A stretch of DNA of 64,000 nucleotides from Sedimentisphaerales bacterium (GTDB lineage: Bacteria; Planctomycetota; Phycisphaerae; Sedimentisphaerales; SM23-30). Positions 1-10,543 of the stretch are shown one piece after another. The position numbers were made by a program, and so were the translations under genes. The stretch spans positions 96,001 through 160,000 of the forward strand of contig CAXXFK010000001.1 of assembly GCA_963663965.2 (NCBI GenBank). Direction: 5' to 3'. How positions within the stretch are numbered: position 1 is the first letter of the stretch; every line of letters starts with the position of its first letter. The notes below the pieces were generated by a model. That model was given only the letters and a program-made list of their open reading frames with translations. It did no database searches and had not been told where the DNA came from.

Positions 1-2
1 CG

Positions 3-590
3 AGTTATTCTGGAGCGCTTACCCGTTTCGATGGGTATCGTAGTGTTTGGCCTGGTAGTTTTACGGCATCTGTTGATGTTTATCTGGATATTAACTGGGC
101 TGACGGCTCTGGATTTGATTATTCCGTGGCTGCAAATGGCTCAGACGGCATTCATCAACGCGATTATATTTTCCACGTCACCAAAGACTCTTCCACCGGG
201 GATCTCTTTGTTGCAGGAAGCAACAATACCAATTTTGCCGTTCGTCAAGATTTGGAAACTATTAATCATTATACTGTAGAAAAATCTGGTTGGTATACTC
301 TTCAGCATGTTTTTTATGATAATGCCGGTTCCCTTGCTGTTGATTTAAATCTTTTAGATTCTAATGACAATATCCTGTTTACTGAAACTCGGTATAACGT
401 AGTAGACACGATCCCGGATGAAGTGGGCGGCAACAGATATGGCTGGTTCACCTTTGTGTCTGTTGAAAATGGTCTGGCTATTGATGATTCTGAGTTATAT
501 TTCGAAACAGCCACGGTCCCTGCCCCCGGCGCTCTACTTCTCGGCAGCCTGGGCACCGGCCTGATCGGCTGGATCCGCCGCCGCAAATAA
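3..590 (+). CDS. PEP-CTERM-type exported protein, 5'-truncated by the window edge
   Basis: Frame is open from base 3 (SYSGALTRFDGY...) into ORF 126..590. C-terminus VPAPGALLLGSLGTGLIGWIRRRK is a PEP-CTERM-like sorting signal (motif, TM helix, basic tail). Confidence 0.85.
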   Translation, partial: SYSGALTRFDGYRSVWPGSFTASVDVYLDINWADGSGFDYSVAANGSDGIHQRDYIFHVTKDSSTGDLFVAGSNNTNFAVRQDLETINHYTVEKSGWYTLQHVFYDNAGSLAVDLNLLDSNDNILFTETRYNVVDTIPDEVGGNRYGWFTFVSVENGLAIDDSELYFETATVPAPGALLLGSLGTGLIGWIRRRK

Positions 591-625
591 ACTTTTTTGC
601 AAATAAACGATTGTATCACATTTTT

Positions 626-660
626 AACCGGCTGCCGTACTTTACGGCAGCCGGTTTTTT
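626..660 (+). terminator. Rho-independent terminator
   Basis: Perfect stem AACCGGCTGCCGTA / TACGGCAGCCGGTT followed by a T run, just after the PEP-CTERM gene. Confidence 0.9.
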
Positions 661-783
661 ATCTTCTGATTCAGTCATAATTCAAACTAATCGATACTTA
701 TCCAACTCACCGAAATCAAACCGGTTCGTCACCACAGATTATTTTCACTTTTAAACATTGGTATTTTCAGCTAAAATGCCATC

Positions 784-2223
784 ATGAAAAATGAAAATAC
801 CAGAACTTACGATAATCCGCTGATCGCCCGTTATTCCTCCGCCGAAATGCTGGAGATATTCTCGCCCCACTTTAAATTTACCACTTGGCGCAAACTCTGG
901 GTGGCTCTGGCCGAATGTCAGGCCGAACTTGGGCTGCCCATTTCCCCAAAACAAATCCAGCAGATGCGGGACAATATCGATACCATCGATTACAAAAAGG
1001 CCGCCGCCTACGAAAAAAAATTCAGACATGATGTTATGGCCCATGTCCACACCTTCGGCGATGCCGCTCCCGCCGCCGCCGGAATTATTCACCTGGGCGC
1101 CACCAGTGCCTTTGTCGGCGACAATACCGACCTGATCCAGATGCGCGCCGGTCTCGAACTTGTCCGCGCCCGGCTCTACCGCGTGATTGATCTGCTGGCC
1201 CGATTCGCTAAAAAATACCGCAACCTCGCCACCCTCGGATATACCCATTTCCAACCCGCCCAGCTGACCACCGTCGGCAAACGGGCCACCCTGTGGTGTT
1301 ACGACCTGGTCATGGATATCGAAGAGGTTCAGCACCGCATTGACTCCATCTGTTTCCGGTCCACCAAAGGCACCACCGGCACCCAGGCCACCTTCCTCAA
1401 GCTTTTCGACGGCAACCATAAAAAAGTCCTCCAACTGGAAAAAATGGTCGCCAAACGCATGGGGTTTGCCCGTATCGCCCCGGTCTCCGGCCAGACCTAC
1501 AACCGGAAAATCGACGCCAATATTCTGGCCACCCTCAGCGGTATCGCCCAGTCAGCCCATAAATTCACCAACGACCTGCGCCTGCTGGCCAGTCTCAAAC
1601 AAATGGAAGAACCCTTCGAAAAGAACCAGATCGGTTCCTCGGCCATGGCCTACAAACGCAATCCCATGCGCAGCGAGCGTATCGCCTCTCTGTCGCGCTA
1701 CGTGATATCGCTATCCTCATCACCCATGATGACCGCCGCCGAACAATGGTTCGAACGCACCCTGGATGACTCGGCCAACAAACGCCTGGCCATTCCCGAA
1801 GCCTTTCTCGCCATCGACGCCATCCTGGGCATCATGGCCAATGTGGTCGATGGCCTGGTCGTTTACCCCAAGGTCATTCGCGCGACCCTGGATGCCGAAT
1901 TGCCTTTCATGGCCACTGAAGACATTCTCATGGCCGCGGTTCAGGCCGGCGGCAACCGCCAGCAACTGCATGAAGCCATCCGGCAACACTCCATGCATGC
2001 CGCCGCCCAGGTCAAACAACATGGCAAACCCAACGACCTGATCCAGCGTCTGCAAAACGACCCGCTCTTTGCGGCCGTCAACTTGAAATCGGTGATGAAA
2101 CCCGAAAACTACATCGGTCGCGCCCCGCAGCAGGTGGACGATTTCCTCCGGGATACCATCACACCCATCCGCCGAAAGTTCCGCAAAGTCGCCGCGGTTA
2201 ATGATGTGGAGCTGAAGGTTTAA
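784..2223 (+). CDS. purB: Adenylosuccinate lyase
   Basis: Fumarase-family signature [30 protein letters not shown] and GYTHFQPAQ motifs. Confidence 0.97.
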   Translation: MKNENTRTYDNPLIARYSSAEMLEIFSPHFKFTTWRKLWVALAECQAELGLPISPKQIQQMRDNIDTIDYKKAAAYEKKFRHDVMAHVHTFGDAAPAAAGIIHLGATSAFVGDNTDLIQMRAGLELVRARLYRVIDLLARFAKKYRNLATLGYTHFQPAQLTTVGKRATLWCYDLVMDIEEVQHRIDSICFRSTKGTTGTQATFLKLFDGNHKKVLQLEKMVAKRMGFARIAPVSGQTYNRKIDANILATLSGIAQSAHKFTNDLRLLASLKQMEEPFEKNQIGSSAMAYKRNPMRSERIASLSRYVISLSSSPMMTAAEQWFERTLDDSANKRLAIPEAFLAIDAILGIMANVVDGLVVYPKVIRATLDAELPFMATEDILMAAVQAGGNRQQLHEAIRQHSMHAAAQVKQHGKPNDLIQRLQNDPLFAAVNLKSVMKPENYIGRAPQQVDDFLRDTITPIRRKFRKVAAVNDVELKV

Positions 2224-2289
2224 CGACCGTCAAATTTATTACTGAAATAATCAGGTTAGGTTAACTTTTCAGTGTGAAGGAATCATTGA

Positions 2290-2961
2290 ATGCTAACATA
2301 CAAAACGGAATTTATCGAGTTTCTCGTCCGGTGCGGCGTTTTAACCTTTGGCGATTTCACCACCAAATCCGGCCGCAAAACCCCCTATTTTGTCAATACC
2401 GGCAACTATAAATTGGGCTGGCAACTGGGCAAGTTGGGCCAGTTCTACGCCCAGGCGATCATTAATCAGATTGGCCACGGCTTTGATAACCTCTATGGTC
2501 CGGCTTACAAGGGCATCTCGCTATCCGTATCCACCGCCATCGCGTTAAGCCGCGACCATGGCATGGATGTCTCTGTCACGTACAACCGGAAAGAAGCCAA
2601 AGACCACGGCGAAGGCGGTTCCCTGATCGGACATAAATACACCGGTTCCGAAAAACTCATCATCGTCGAAGATGTTATCACCGCCGGCACCAGTATCCGC
2701 GAAACCATGGACATCCTCACTGCCAATCACAATCCCCAGGTCACCGGCGTGATCGTCTCGGTGGACCGCATGGAACGTGGAACAGGATCCCTCACCGCCA
2801 TCCAGGAAGTCAAAGAGCAATTCGGCATCCCCGTCTGCTCGATCGTCACCGTCCGGGAAATTATCGAATGCCTGCATAACCGGCCAATAGATAACCAGGT
2901 ATACATTGACGATACCGTCAAACAGAAAATGCTCGATTACTTGGCGGAATACGGAGCATAA
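2290..2961 (+). CDS. pyrE: Orotate phosphoribosyltransferase
   Basis: FGDFTTKSGRKTPYF, GPAYKGI, NRKEAKDHGEGG, and PRPP motif IIVEDVITAGTS. Confidence 0.96.
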   Translation: MLTYKTEFIEFLVRCGVLTFGDFTTKSGRKTPYFVNTGNYKLGWQLGKLGQFYAQAIINQIGHGFDNLYGPAYKGISLSVSTAIALSRDHGMDVSVTYNRKEAKDHGEGGSLIGHKYTGSEKLIIVEDVITAGTSIRETMDILTANHNPQVTGVIVSVDRMERGTGSLTAIQEVKEQFGIPVCSIVTVREIIECLHNRPIDNQVYIDDTVKQKMLDYLAEYGA

Positions 2962-3037
2962 TAATTAGAATTGAATTTACAACCATATCACTGCATAAGT
3001 TCAATTAAATTCTTTAATCGCGAGATGGAGGCGTACT

Positions 3038-5530
3038 ATGTCAAAATGGAAAAGTACTACTTTTCTTAATTTACTCGTTGTGCTGGCCCTATGGACGGGT
3101 TCACTCTTTGCCCAATCCCCTCGTCAACCCAACATCCTCTTCATTTTCATTGACGACATGGGCTTCGCCGATCCGTCCTGTTTCGGCAACCCAAAACTCA
3201 AAACCCCTCATATTGATCAACTGGCCGACGAAGGAATCAAGCTGACCAGCTTTTACGTCAATTCGCCTATCTGCTCCCCATCCCGCGTGGCCGTCATGAC
3301 CGGTCAGTACCCCGCCCGCTGGAAGATCCATTCCTATCTCAACTCCAAAAAAATCAATCAGAACCGCCGTATGGCAAACTGGCTCGATTCCGCCGCGCCT
3401 ACCACTGCCCGCCTGCTCAAACAAGTTGGTTACCGTACCGCCCATTTCGGTAAATGGCATATCGGTGGCGGCCGCGATGTCGGCGAGGCCCCCCTGCCTC
3501 AGGCCTACGGTTTCGATGAATCGCTGGTATGCTTCGAAGGGCTCGGTGATCGCATTCTGTTCCCCAATGACGGCCTGTCGGACCAGAGCGCTAAACTGCA
3601 GCATGGCAACATTACCCGAATCGAAAAAAGATTCTCCACCCAGACCTATGTCGACCGTGCCATTCAGTTCATCAAGGCCGATCCCACCCGCCCGTTCTAT
3701 CTCGAATTATTCCCCAACGATGTCCACGATCCCCACCTGCCCACCGATCTGGATGCCGATAAATTCAGCGATATCAGCGACAATCCTTTCGAACGAAAAT
3801 TATTCGCCGTCCTGCAGGAACTCGATCGCCAGATCGGTCGAGTCATCGAAACCATCGATACCCTGGGCCTGGCCGAAAATACCCTCGTTATATTTACCAG
3901 CGATAATGGTCCCACCGACTGGCCCAGCTATTACAAGGCCGGTCAGTATCCCCCCGGCTCTACCGGCCCTTACTACGGCAGGAAATGGTCTCTCTATGAA
4001 GGCGGTATTCGTATGCCCTTCATCGCCCGCTGGAAAGGCAAAATCCCCGCCGGTTGGGTCAACCACCAGACCGTCATGTGCGGCATTGATCTGTCACCCA
4101 CTTTCTGCGCCTTGGCCGGTGCCAACACCGATGGCGCCGTTCATCACGATGGCATCAATCAGTTCGAAGCCCTCACCGGCAAAGAACCGCTCCGTACTAA
4201 ACCAGTATTCTGGCAATACGGTAAACCCTACGCCCAACTGATGCCCGGCAATCCGGATTTCATCTCGCCGGCCTACGCCGTTCGTGATGGCGACTGGAAA
4301 CTGCTCGTCGATCAGGATGGCAGTAACACCCTGCTCTTCAATCTCGCCTCCGATCCTGGCGAAACCTTGAATTTGCTCAAAGCCCAGCCGGATAAAGCCG
4401 GCCAGTTATATGCCTTGATTCAAAACTGGGCTCAAGAAGTCAAAATCGACGTCCCCGCCGGCAACCTCACGGCCAAACCGGCTGATGATCACATCACCAT
4501 CGCGCCAACTCCTATCGCCTCAACTCCCCTGTTTGTCGATCCTCATTATCACGGCTCAGCCGATCCGGAAATTGTCTGGAACAGCCAGGAACAGGAATGG
4601 TGGATTTTCTATACCGGCCGCCGGGCCCATCGCCCCGATGGCACTGCGGCCGCTTGCCCGATTGGCGTTGCTGCCTCCAAAGACCTCAAAAACTGGCGCT
4701 TTGTCGGCTATTGTCAATTCGACGGTGAAGGTGGTAAACCGGATGCCAACCATACCTTCTGGGCTCCGGGTATCATCCGCGATGGCAATACCTACCACAT
4801 GTACGTCACCTGCAAACCCGGTACCGACGGATTCTGGGGCGGCGAGGCCTGCTGGATCCAGCATTATACCGCCCCGGCTCATGACCTGCTCAACGGCTGG
4901 AAATCGGTGGAGGAAACGATCGTATCCGATACTGCTATTGACGCAGGCATGTTTCGCACCAAAGATCTATGGCACATGTGGTACCGCGACAAGCAAAACA
5001 ACACCATGGGCATCTACTATGCCACCAGCGCCGATCTGAAAACCTGGCAGCAGCAAGGACTGGCCTCTGGCGACGCCAATAACAAAAAAGTTACCGGATT
5101 GGGCTATCAGGAAGCCCCCTATGTATTCTATTGGAAAAACCACTACTGGATGCTGACCGATCCCAGCGGTCCGCCTATGGCCGTCTATCGCAGCACCGAC
5201 CTGAATAACTGGAAATATGTCGGCAATATCCTGGACCAGAATGGCTTCCGCCCTACCGATACCTCCATCGGGCGACATCCCAGCGTAGCCGTCATAAATG
5301 ACCGTGCCTTTATTTTCTACCACTGCGAAGCCCGCCGTGATTATGCCAAACCCTATATGCAGAATCTGCCCGATCAGAAAACGATCTACCTGCAAATCGC
5401 GGAACTCAACTTCAATCCCGAAAATTCCAGTATCACCTGCGACCGGAACAAACCGGTATTAGTACCAACCAGAATGAAACCTGCCACCCAATATTGGGGA
5501 CAAAGCGATATCACCACGAACGAACTGTAA
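3038..5530 (+). CDS. Secreted arylsulfatase-like enzyme fused to a GH43-like five-bladed beta-propeller glycosidase domain
   Basis: Signal peptide; PNILFIFIDD, CSPSR formylglycine motif, GKWH, SDNG, LYEGGIRMP. C-terminal half has GSADPEIV, FWAPGI, IDA and EAPYVF (GH43/32-like). Confidence 0.85.
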   Translation: MSKWKSTTFLNLLVVLALWTGSLFAQSPRQPNILFIFIDDMGFADPSCFGNPKLKTPHIDQLADEGIKLTSFYVNSPICSPSRVAVMTGQYPARWKIHSYLNSKKINQNRRMANWLDSAAPTTARLLKQVGYRTAHFGKWHIGGGRDVGEAPLPQAYGFDESLVCFEGLGDRILFPNDGLSDQSAKLQHGNITRIEKRFSTQTYVDRAIQFIKADPTRPFYLELFPNDVHDPHLPTDLDADKFSDISDNPFERKLFAVLQELDRQIGRVIETIDTLGLAENTLVIFTSDNGPTDWPSYYKAGQYPPGSTGPYYGRKWSLYEGGIRMPFIARWKGKIPAGWVNHQTVMCGIDLSPTFCALAGANTDGAVHHDGINQFEALTGKEPLRTKPVFWQYGKPYAQLMPGNPDFISPAYAVRDGDWKLLVDQDGSNTLLFNLASDPGETLNLLKAQPDKAGQLYALIQNWAQEVKIDVPAGNLTAKPADDHITIAPTPIASTPLFVDPHYHGSADPEIVWNSQEQEWWIFYTGRRAHRPDGTAAACPIGVAASKDLKNWRFVGYCQFDGEGGKPDANHTFWAPGIIRDGNTYHMYVTCKPGTDGFWGGEACWIQHYTAPAHDLLNGWKSVEETIVSDTAIDAGMFRTKDLWHMWYRDKQNNTMGIYYATSADLKTWQQQGLASGDANNKKVTGLGYQEAPYVFYWKNHYWMLTDPSGPPMAVYRSTDLNNWKYVGNILDQNGFRPTDTSIGRHPSVAVINDRAFIFYHCEARRDYAKPYMQNLPDQKTIYLQIAELNFNPENSSITCDRNKPVLVPTRMKPATQYWGQSDITTNEL

Positions 5531-5536
5531 ACACTC

Positions 5537-6754
5537 ATGTCCCCAATGCTAATATGCTATTATCTCTTCGCCGCTGGAATCCTGATCTTTCAGTTCCTCG
5601 TCCTGCTGGAAGCCGGTCGGCACTTTAATTATGTCCGCCGTAAATGGCCGCCCAAAGGCTCCACCTATCAACCGCGAGCCATGCTGATCGTTCCATGCAA
5701 AGGACTCGAAACCGAATTCTCCCGGAATATATCCGCCCTGTTCCAGCAGAACTATCCCGATTATTCTATTCGGTTTGTTCTGGATCACCCTGACGATCAC
5801 GCCCGTCAACCTCTGGAATCGATTATTCTCCAACAGCGTAACGCCGGGAATCCCATCTCTGCGAAAATTGTCTACGCCGGAAAGGCAATCCACAATTCGC
5901 AAAAAGTTCATAATCTGTTAACCGTCTGTCGCCAGGCGCCTGACAATATCGAAATTCTGGCCTTTGTCGATGCTGACGCCTGCCCGCCCCCCCATTTCCT
6001 TAGTAGCATGATCCATCCTCTTCGCCGCGATGAAGTCGGCGCCAGTACCGGGTATCGCTGGTATGTGCCCGCCGATTATCGTCTCAGCAGCCTCACACTC
6101 AGCGCCATGAACGCCTATTTTGCCTCCCTGCTCGGCCCCCATCAGCGTAATCCCGTCTGGGGCGGCGCCATGGCGTTCAAACGATCCTTTTTCTATCAGG
6201 CCGGAATCGACCAACTCTGGAAAAATGCCCTGTCGGATGACTATGCGGTCACCTATGCCGTCCAGCAGCAAGGCCTCGAAGTCTACTTTGTACCAGCCTG
6301 TTTTATCGCCAGTTATGAAGGGTATTCCTGGTGTGAACTATTCGAATTTACTCGCCGCCAGTTTATTATCACCTGGTGCTGTAACCGAAAACTGTGGTAT
6401 CTGGCCTTTGCCGGCTTTTCCCAGTATCTCCTGGCCTTCTGGTTGGGTATGGTTGTCACTGGTATCCTGTGGTATCAACACAGCCCGCACACCCGATGGG
6501 CCGCCATTTTTCCGATTGCCCTCTATATCGCTTCTTTTTTAAAAGCCCTGTTACGTCAGAGCATGATTATGCGCATCCTGGCCCGTGATCGAAATCATCT
6601 TATCATCCCGGCCTTGATCGATCTGTTTGGCCAGCCCATCATTGCCTGCTGGACCTGGCTCTGTATCGGATCAGCCTGGCGCAAAAACATCATTACCTGG
6701 CGCGGCAATCGCTACCGGATGTTGGCAATCGACCAGACAGAACGCTTGGATTGA
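5537..6754 (+). CDS. Membrane GT2-family glycosyltransferase (ceramide glucosyltransferase/HpnI-like)
   Basis: N-terminal TM; IVPCKG, KVHNL, FVDAD, WGGAMA, SDD, RRQ and WRG motifs; C-terminal TM helices. Confidence 0.85.
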   Translation: MSPMLICYYLFAAGILIFQFLVLLEAGRHFNYVRRKWPPKGSTYQPRAMLIVPCKGLETEFSRNISALFQQNYPDYSIRFVLDHPDDHARQPLESIILQQRNAGNPISAKIVYAGKAIHNSQKVHNLLTVCRQAPDNIEILAFVDADACPPPHFLSSMIHPLRRDEVGASTGYRWYVPADYRLSSLTLSAMNAYFASLLGPHQRNPVWGGAMAFKRSFFYQAGIDQLWKNALSDDYAVTYAVQQQGLEVYFVPACFIASYEGYSWCELFEFTRRQFIITWCCNRKLWYLAFAGFSQYLLAFWLGMVVTGILWYQHSPHTRWAAIFPIALYIASFLKALLRQSMIMRILARDRNHLIIPALIDLFGQPIIACWTWLCIGSAWRKNIITWRGNRYRMLAIDQTERLD

Positions 6755-6789
6755 TTTATATTTACTGATAAGGTCCGTTAATATTTATT

Positions 6790-6818
6790 TTGACAAATCC
6801 AATTGACCCGATTAAACT
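6790..6818 (+). promoter_or_regulatory. Sigma70-like promoter
   Basis: TTGACA-17 nt-TAAACT upstream of the small Hc1-like ORF. Confidence 0.6.
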
Positions 6819-6876
6819 TGCAACCCTTACAATATTAGATATAAGTGTGGAAGCTATTGATTAGAAAGGATTTAAC

Positions 6877-7047
6877 ATGCAAGAATATGATAACCTGATC
6901 AAAATGGTTCACGAGGTTGAAGATGATATCATCAAGGCGGAAGGTGGCAACAAGGCGGCCGGCACTCGCGTTAGAAAAGCCATGCAGGAAATTAAACAAG
7001 CCGCTCAGGAAGTACGTGTCAAAATCCTCGAAACTCGTGCCGAATAA
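6877..7047 (+). CDS. Small histone H1-like (Hc1 family) protein, 56 aa, absent from the ORF track
   Basis: RBS GAAAGGA. Translates MQEYDNLIKMVHEVEDDIIKAEGGNKAAGTRVRKAMQEIKQAAQEVRVKILETRAE; GNKAAGTRVRK is the Hc1-family core. Confidence 0.85.
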   Translation: MQEYDNLIKMVHEVEDDIIKAEGGNKAAGTRVRKAMQEIKQAAQEVRVKILETRAE

Positions 7048-7080
7048 TTTGTAACGACCGATCAGATAAGGATATTTTGC

Positions 7081-7554
7081 ATGCCTCCTCAATTTTTGCT
7101 GGATCTGAACGCAATTAATTTGAATCAGGTCATTTACGGTGTTGAAGATATCGAAGCCATCAATCCTCACCGGTTTGAATTCAGGTTACTGGACGGAATC
7201 GCATACTACAACGGTGATGACCATTCTCTGGTTGCGTTTAAAGATGCCAAAGATGATGATTTCTGGGTGCGCGGCCATATTCCCGGCCGCCCCTTGCTCC
7301 CAGGTGTTTTAATGATTGAAGCGGCCGCCCAGGCGGCCAGTTTTGCGGCCACTAAAGCCAGCGGCACCAATGCCTTTTTCGGTTTTAGCGGAATCGAAAA
7401 CGTTAAATTCCGCCATCAGGTCGTCCCCGGCGACAGACTTTATATTGTCGGAAAATGCCTCGAACTGCGTGCCCGGCGTTTCAAATTTGCCGCGCAAGGA
7501 GTGGTCAATGGCAAAATGGCGTTTGAAGCATTAATTATCGGGATGCCAATCTAA
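7081..7554 (+). CDS. fabZ: 3-hydroxyacyl-ACP dehydratase FabZ-like
   Basis: PHRFEF, GHIPGRPLLPGVLMIEAAAQ and VKFRHQVVPGD hot-dog fold motifs. Confidence 0.85.
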   Translation: MPPQFLLDLNAINLNQVIYGVEDIEAINPHRFEFRLLDGIAYYNGDDHSLVAFKDAKDDDFWVRGHIPGRPLLPGVLMIEAAAQAASFAATKASGTNAFFGFSGIENVKFRHQVVPGDRLYIVGKCLELRARRFKFAAQGVVNGKMAFEALIIGMPI

Positions 7555-7563
7555 CTCTATTGA

Positions 7564-8787
7564 TTGAACGAGTATAGGGCCTTGGATCAGGACCGGACAC
7601 AAATTCCCGATTGGGCTCAGTTGTTCGAGTCGGCTCTTTCCATCGAACCGGATAACGATTTACAAAAATCGACCCGGGCAATACCCGCCGGTGGCGGAAT
7701 TTGCCTGCTTGCTGACCGGGACAATCAGCCGGTTCAACTGTTAACCGCCGGTGATCTGCGCCGGCTTGTCAGATCGCGCCTGTCCGATCAACCGGAACAG
7801 GAACCCTCACGCAAACTGAAACTGCGTAGTATCGTTCGGAAAATATTTTTTCGCCGTTGCCACAGCGCCTTCGAAACCCAACTCCTTTATTTCCGATCGG
7901 TCAGAACCATCTTCCCGGACAATTGGCAGAATTGCCTGCCTGGAATGGAAGCCTGGTTTATCGAAGTCGATTTCAATGCCTCTTTGCCGGTATTCAAACG
8001 CTCGCGTTCCTGTCATCCAGACAGTGCCTGCAAATCCTGGGGCCCACTGGCCACCGGCCGCTCCGTATCAATGCTGCTCGAGGTATTACAATCGGCCTAC
8101 CGTTTATGTCGCCATCCCGAACGGCTCTCGGAAACCCCTTACGTGACCGGATGCCCCTACGCTCAGATGGGACAATGTGCCGCTGTCTGCAATGGCACAG
8201 TCAGCCTCGATCAGTATCGGCAACTGACCGAAAGAGCTGCCGGACTGTTGAATGAGGGGCCGGAACAAACCATCAATACCCTGGCAGCGGAAGTCAAATG
8301 TCTCAGCGCCGCTCTTGAATTTGAAAAAGCAGCCCTGTTGCACCGCCAAATGGAACAATTAAAAAAATTAAAAGGGCCGGCTTATCGTTGGCTTATGCCA
8401 ATGGAACGCTTTTTGATTCTGTCGTTCCAGACCGGCCCCATGCAAAAAGTTGATGGCTTACGCGCTTTACAGCCTTCAATCATTCCCTTTATCATTACCG
8501 GCCGTCAGGTTATCCAATTACTTCCGTTTACTCGCAATGACATCGAATCAAACTGCCAATCCCTGCTTGATCATGTTAACTTGATCGCGTTACAACACTC
8601 TGCCGGCCGGGGAAATGAGTTCGAAAAATCCCAACTTGCCTGGATTACCCAGATGCTCTATCGCAAAAAACAGGCCAAAGAGCTTTTTATCAGAGCAACC
8701 GATACCTTAACACTTGCGGATCTGGTCCGGCAGATCGAAAGTTTTTTCGACTCGGCGATCCAGCCTTCAATTGACAAATCCTGCTAA
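7564..8787 (+). CDS. UvrC N-terminal-like protein (degenerate GIY-YIG, Cys cluster, UVR domain)
   Basis: IPAGGGICLLAD...LRRLVRSRL aligns to the UvrC GIY-YIG region; WGPL; LCR...CPYAQMGQCAAVC; UVR motif LEFEKAALLHRQM. Confidence 0.7.
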   Translation: MNEYRALDQDRTQIPDWAQLFESALSIEPDNDLQKSTRAIPAGGGICLLADRDNQPVQLLTAGDLRRLVRSRLSDQPEQEPSRKLKLRSIVRKIFFRRCHSAFETQLLYFRSVRTIFPDNWQNCLPGMEAWFIEVDFNASLPVFKRSRSCHPDSACKSWGPLATGRSVSMLLEVLQSAYRLCRHPERLSETPYVTGCPYAQMGQCAAVCNGTVSLDQYRQLTERAAGLLNEGPEQTINTLAAEVKCLSAALEFEKAALLHRQMEQLKKLKGPAYRWLMPMERFLILSFQTGPMQKVDGLRALQPSIIPFIITGRQVIQLLPFTRNDIESNCQSLLDHVNLIALQHSAGRGNEFEKSQLAWITQMLYRKKQAKELFIRATDTLTLADLVRQIESFFDSAIQPSIDKSC

Positions 8788-8799
8788 TTCACCTAGACT
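8771..8799 (+). promoter_or_regulatory. Sigma70-like promoter for tmk, probably a leaderless transcript
   Basis: TTGACA-17 nt-TAGACT ending 8 nt before the tmk ATG; no Shine-Dalgarno visible. Confidence 0.6.
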
Positions 8800-8807
8800 G
8801 TTAATCC

Positions 8808-9425
8808 ATGAATTTCGAATCATTTAAACATAAATTTATCGTTCTGGACGGCCCCGACGGCTGTGGCAAAAGCACGCAGATCAGGATGCTGGCCGATCAT
8901 ATCCAACGTAACGGTATTGAAGTGGTTTGCGTCAGAGACCCGGGCGGCACTTCCATTGGCGAACAGATTCGCACCATCCTGCTGGATAATCGCAATGCGG
9001 AAATGAACGTCCGCTGCGAAACCCTGCTCTATATGGCCAGCCGGGCGCAACTCTATGGTGAAATCATCGCCCCGGCCCTCCAGGCAGGCAAATGCGTCTT
9101 GTCCGATCGATGGGTCTCCAGCACCTATGCCTACCAGGCCGTCGCCGGAAAAATCGGGCCGCAAATCGTTCTCGATATCGCCGAACGGGTCCTGGAACGC
9201 GCCTGGCCGGACCGCATGATTCTTATTGACGTCCCACCGGAAATCAGTCGAACCCGTATCGGAAATAATCCAGACCGTATGGAAAGTAAATCCATCCAAT
9301 TTCATACGGATGTCAGAAACGCCTTTTTAGAGTTCGCGCGTCAACGCGATGACACCCTGATTGTCGATGGCACCCAATCGATTGAGGAAGTCCATCATCA
9401 GATCATAACCCATTTAATTATCTAA
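8808..9425 (+). CDS. tmk: Thymidylate kinase
   Basis: DGPDGCGKSTQ P-loop, RDPGGT, SDRWVSSTYAYQ. Confidence 0.96.
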   Translation: MNFESFKHKFIVLDGPDGCGKSTQIRMLADHIQRNGIEVVCVRDPGGTSIGEQIRTILLDNRNAEMNVRCETLLYMASRAQLYGEIIAPALQAGKCVLSDRWVSSTYAYQAVAGKIGPQIVLDIAERVLERAWPDRMILIDVPPEISRTRIGNNPDRMESKSIQFHTDVRNAFLEFARQRDDTLIVDGTQSIEEVHHQIITHLII

Positions 9426-9427
9426 CC

Positions 9428-10543
9428 ATGCCTATACTGGATATCATCGGTCAGGAACAGGCCATCGGCCGGCTGGAACGAGCCCGTCGCATGGAACGTG
9501 TTCCCCATGGCTATATCTTCAGCGGACCCGAGGGCGTTGGCAAAGCCACCCTCGCCACCCAATGGGCCCGGCTGCAATTCTGCTCTTCACCGGTCACTCG
9601 TCCGGTCGACCCCGGCCATTACCAATGCGACAGCATTCGGGATGCCTGCGGCGAATGCAAAGACTGCCACCTGGTCCAGAGCCAGACCCATCCCGACCTG
9701 CATTTTATCGATCGGGATCTGGGACGTTTCACTTCCGGCACTGCCCGTTCCCGGCAATTGCTCACCCTGCCTATCGATGTCATCCGTGAATTCGTCATCG
9801 AACCGGCCGGCGGGTTCCCGACGCGGGGCCGGGCTAAAGTCTTTATCATCGACGAAGCCCATACCATGGCCCGACCCGCGCAAAATGCCCTGCTTAAAAC
9901 ACTGGAAGAACCTCCACCGGGTACTTTCCTGATTTTATGTACCTCGCGGGCGGACCTCCTGCTGAAAACGATTCACTCACGCACTCAAATTGTCCGGTTT
10001 AAAACGCTTCCCAATGAGTTTGTTCTGGCTCAACTTCAATCCAGAAACATCCCGAATGAACAAGCCTTATTCTGGACCCATTTCTGTAACGGACGTCTCG
10101 GGATCGCCCTGACTCTGGCGCAGCTCGATTTTTTCGATCAGATGCAAGCCCTGTTAAATGCCTTGGCGTCACTGGGTTATCGAAACATGCTCGATGTCGC
10201 CCAGTTGATGGTCGATAGCGCTAAACATTTTTCCCAGGAATACTTGAAACACAACTCCAAACACTCCGCCAGCGATGCCACTCGAATGGGCTACCAGCTG
10301 TTTATTCAACTATACTGCTGGGCCTTCCAGATGGCAATCTATTCTCATTCCGGTTGGAATAGTGCCGAAATGCCATCCGGAAAGCCCATAGCGGTACTGG
10401 CCCGTAAATACGATCCCCTGATGTGCGCCCGCGCGATTCAGATCTCCGCCCGCACCGAAAGCGCCCTGACGACGAACGCAAATCCCTCTTTGCTTTTTGA
10501 ATCGCTTTTGTTAGACTATATCGAATTACAAATGGGCTCCTGA
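9428..10543 (+). CDS. holB: DNA polymerase III delta' subunit
   Basis: PHGYIFSGPEGVGK, Zn-binding CGECKDC, HPDL, AQNALLKTLEEP, TIHSR; follows tmk. Confidence 0.92.
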   Translation: MPILDIIGQEQAIGRLERARRMERVPHGYIFSGPEGVGKATLATQWARLQFCSSPVTRPVDPGHYQCDSIRDACGECKDCHLVQSQTHPDLHFIDRDLGRFTSGTARSRQLLTLPIDVIREFVIEPAGGFPTRGRAKVFIIDEAHTMARPAQNALLKTLEEPPPGTFLILCTSRADLLLKTIHSRTQIVRFKTLPNEFVLAQLQSRNIPNEQALFWTHFCNGRLGIALTLAQLDFFDQMQALLNALASLGYRNMLDVAQLMVDSAKHFSQEYLKHNSKHSASDATRMGYQLFIQLYCWAFQMAIYSHSGWNSAEMPSGKPIAVLARKYDPLMCARAIQISARTESALTTNANPSLLFESLLLDYIELQMGS

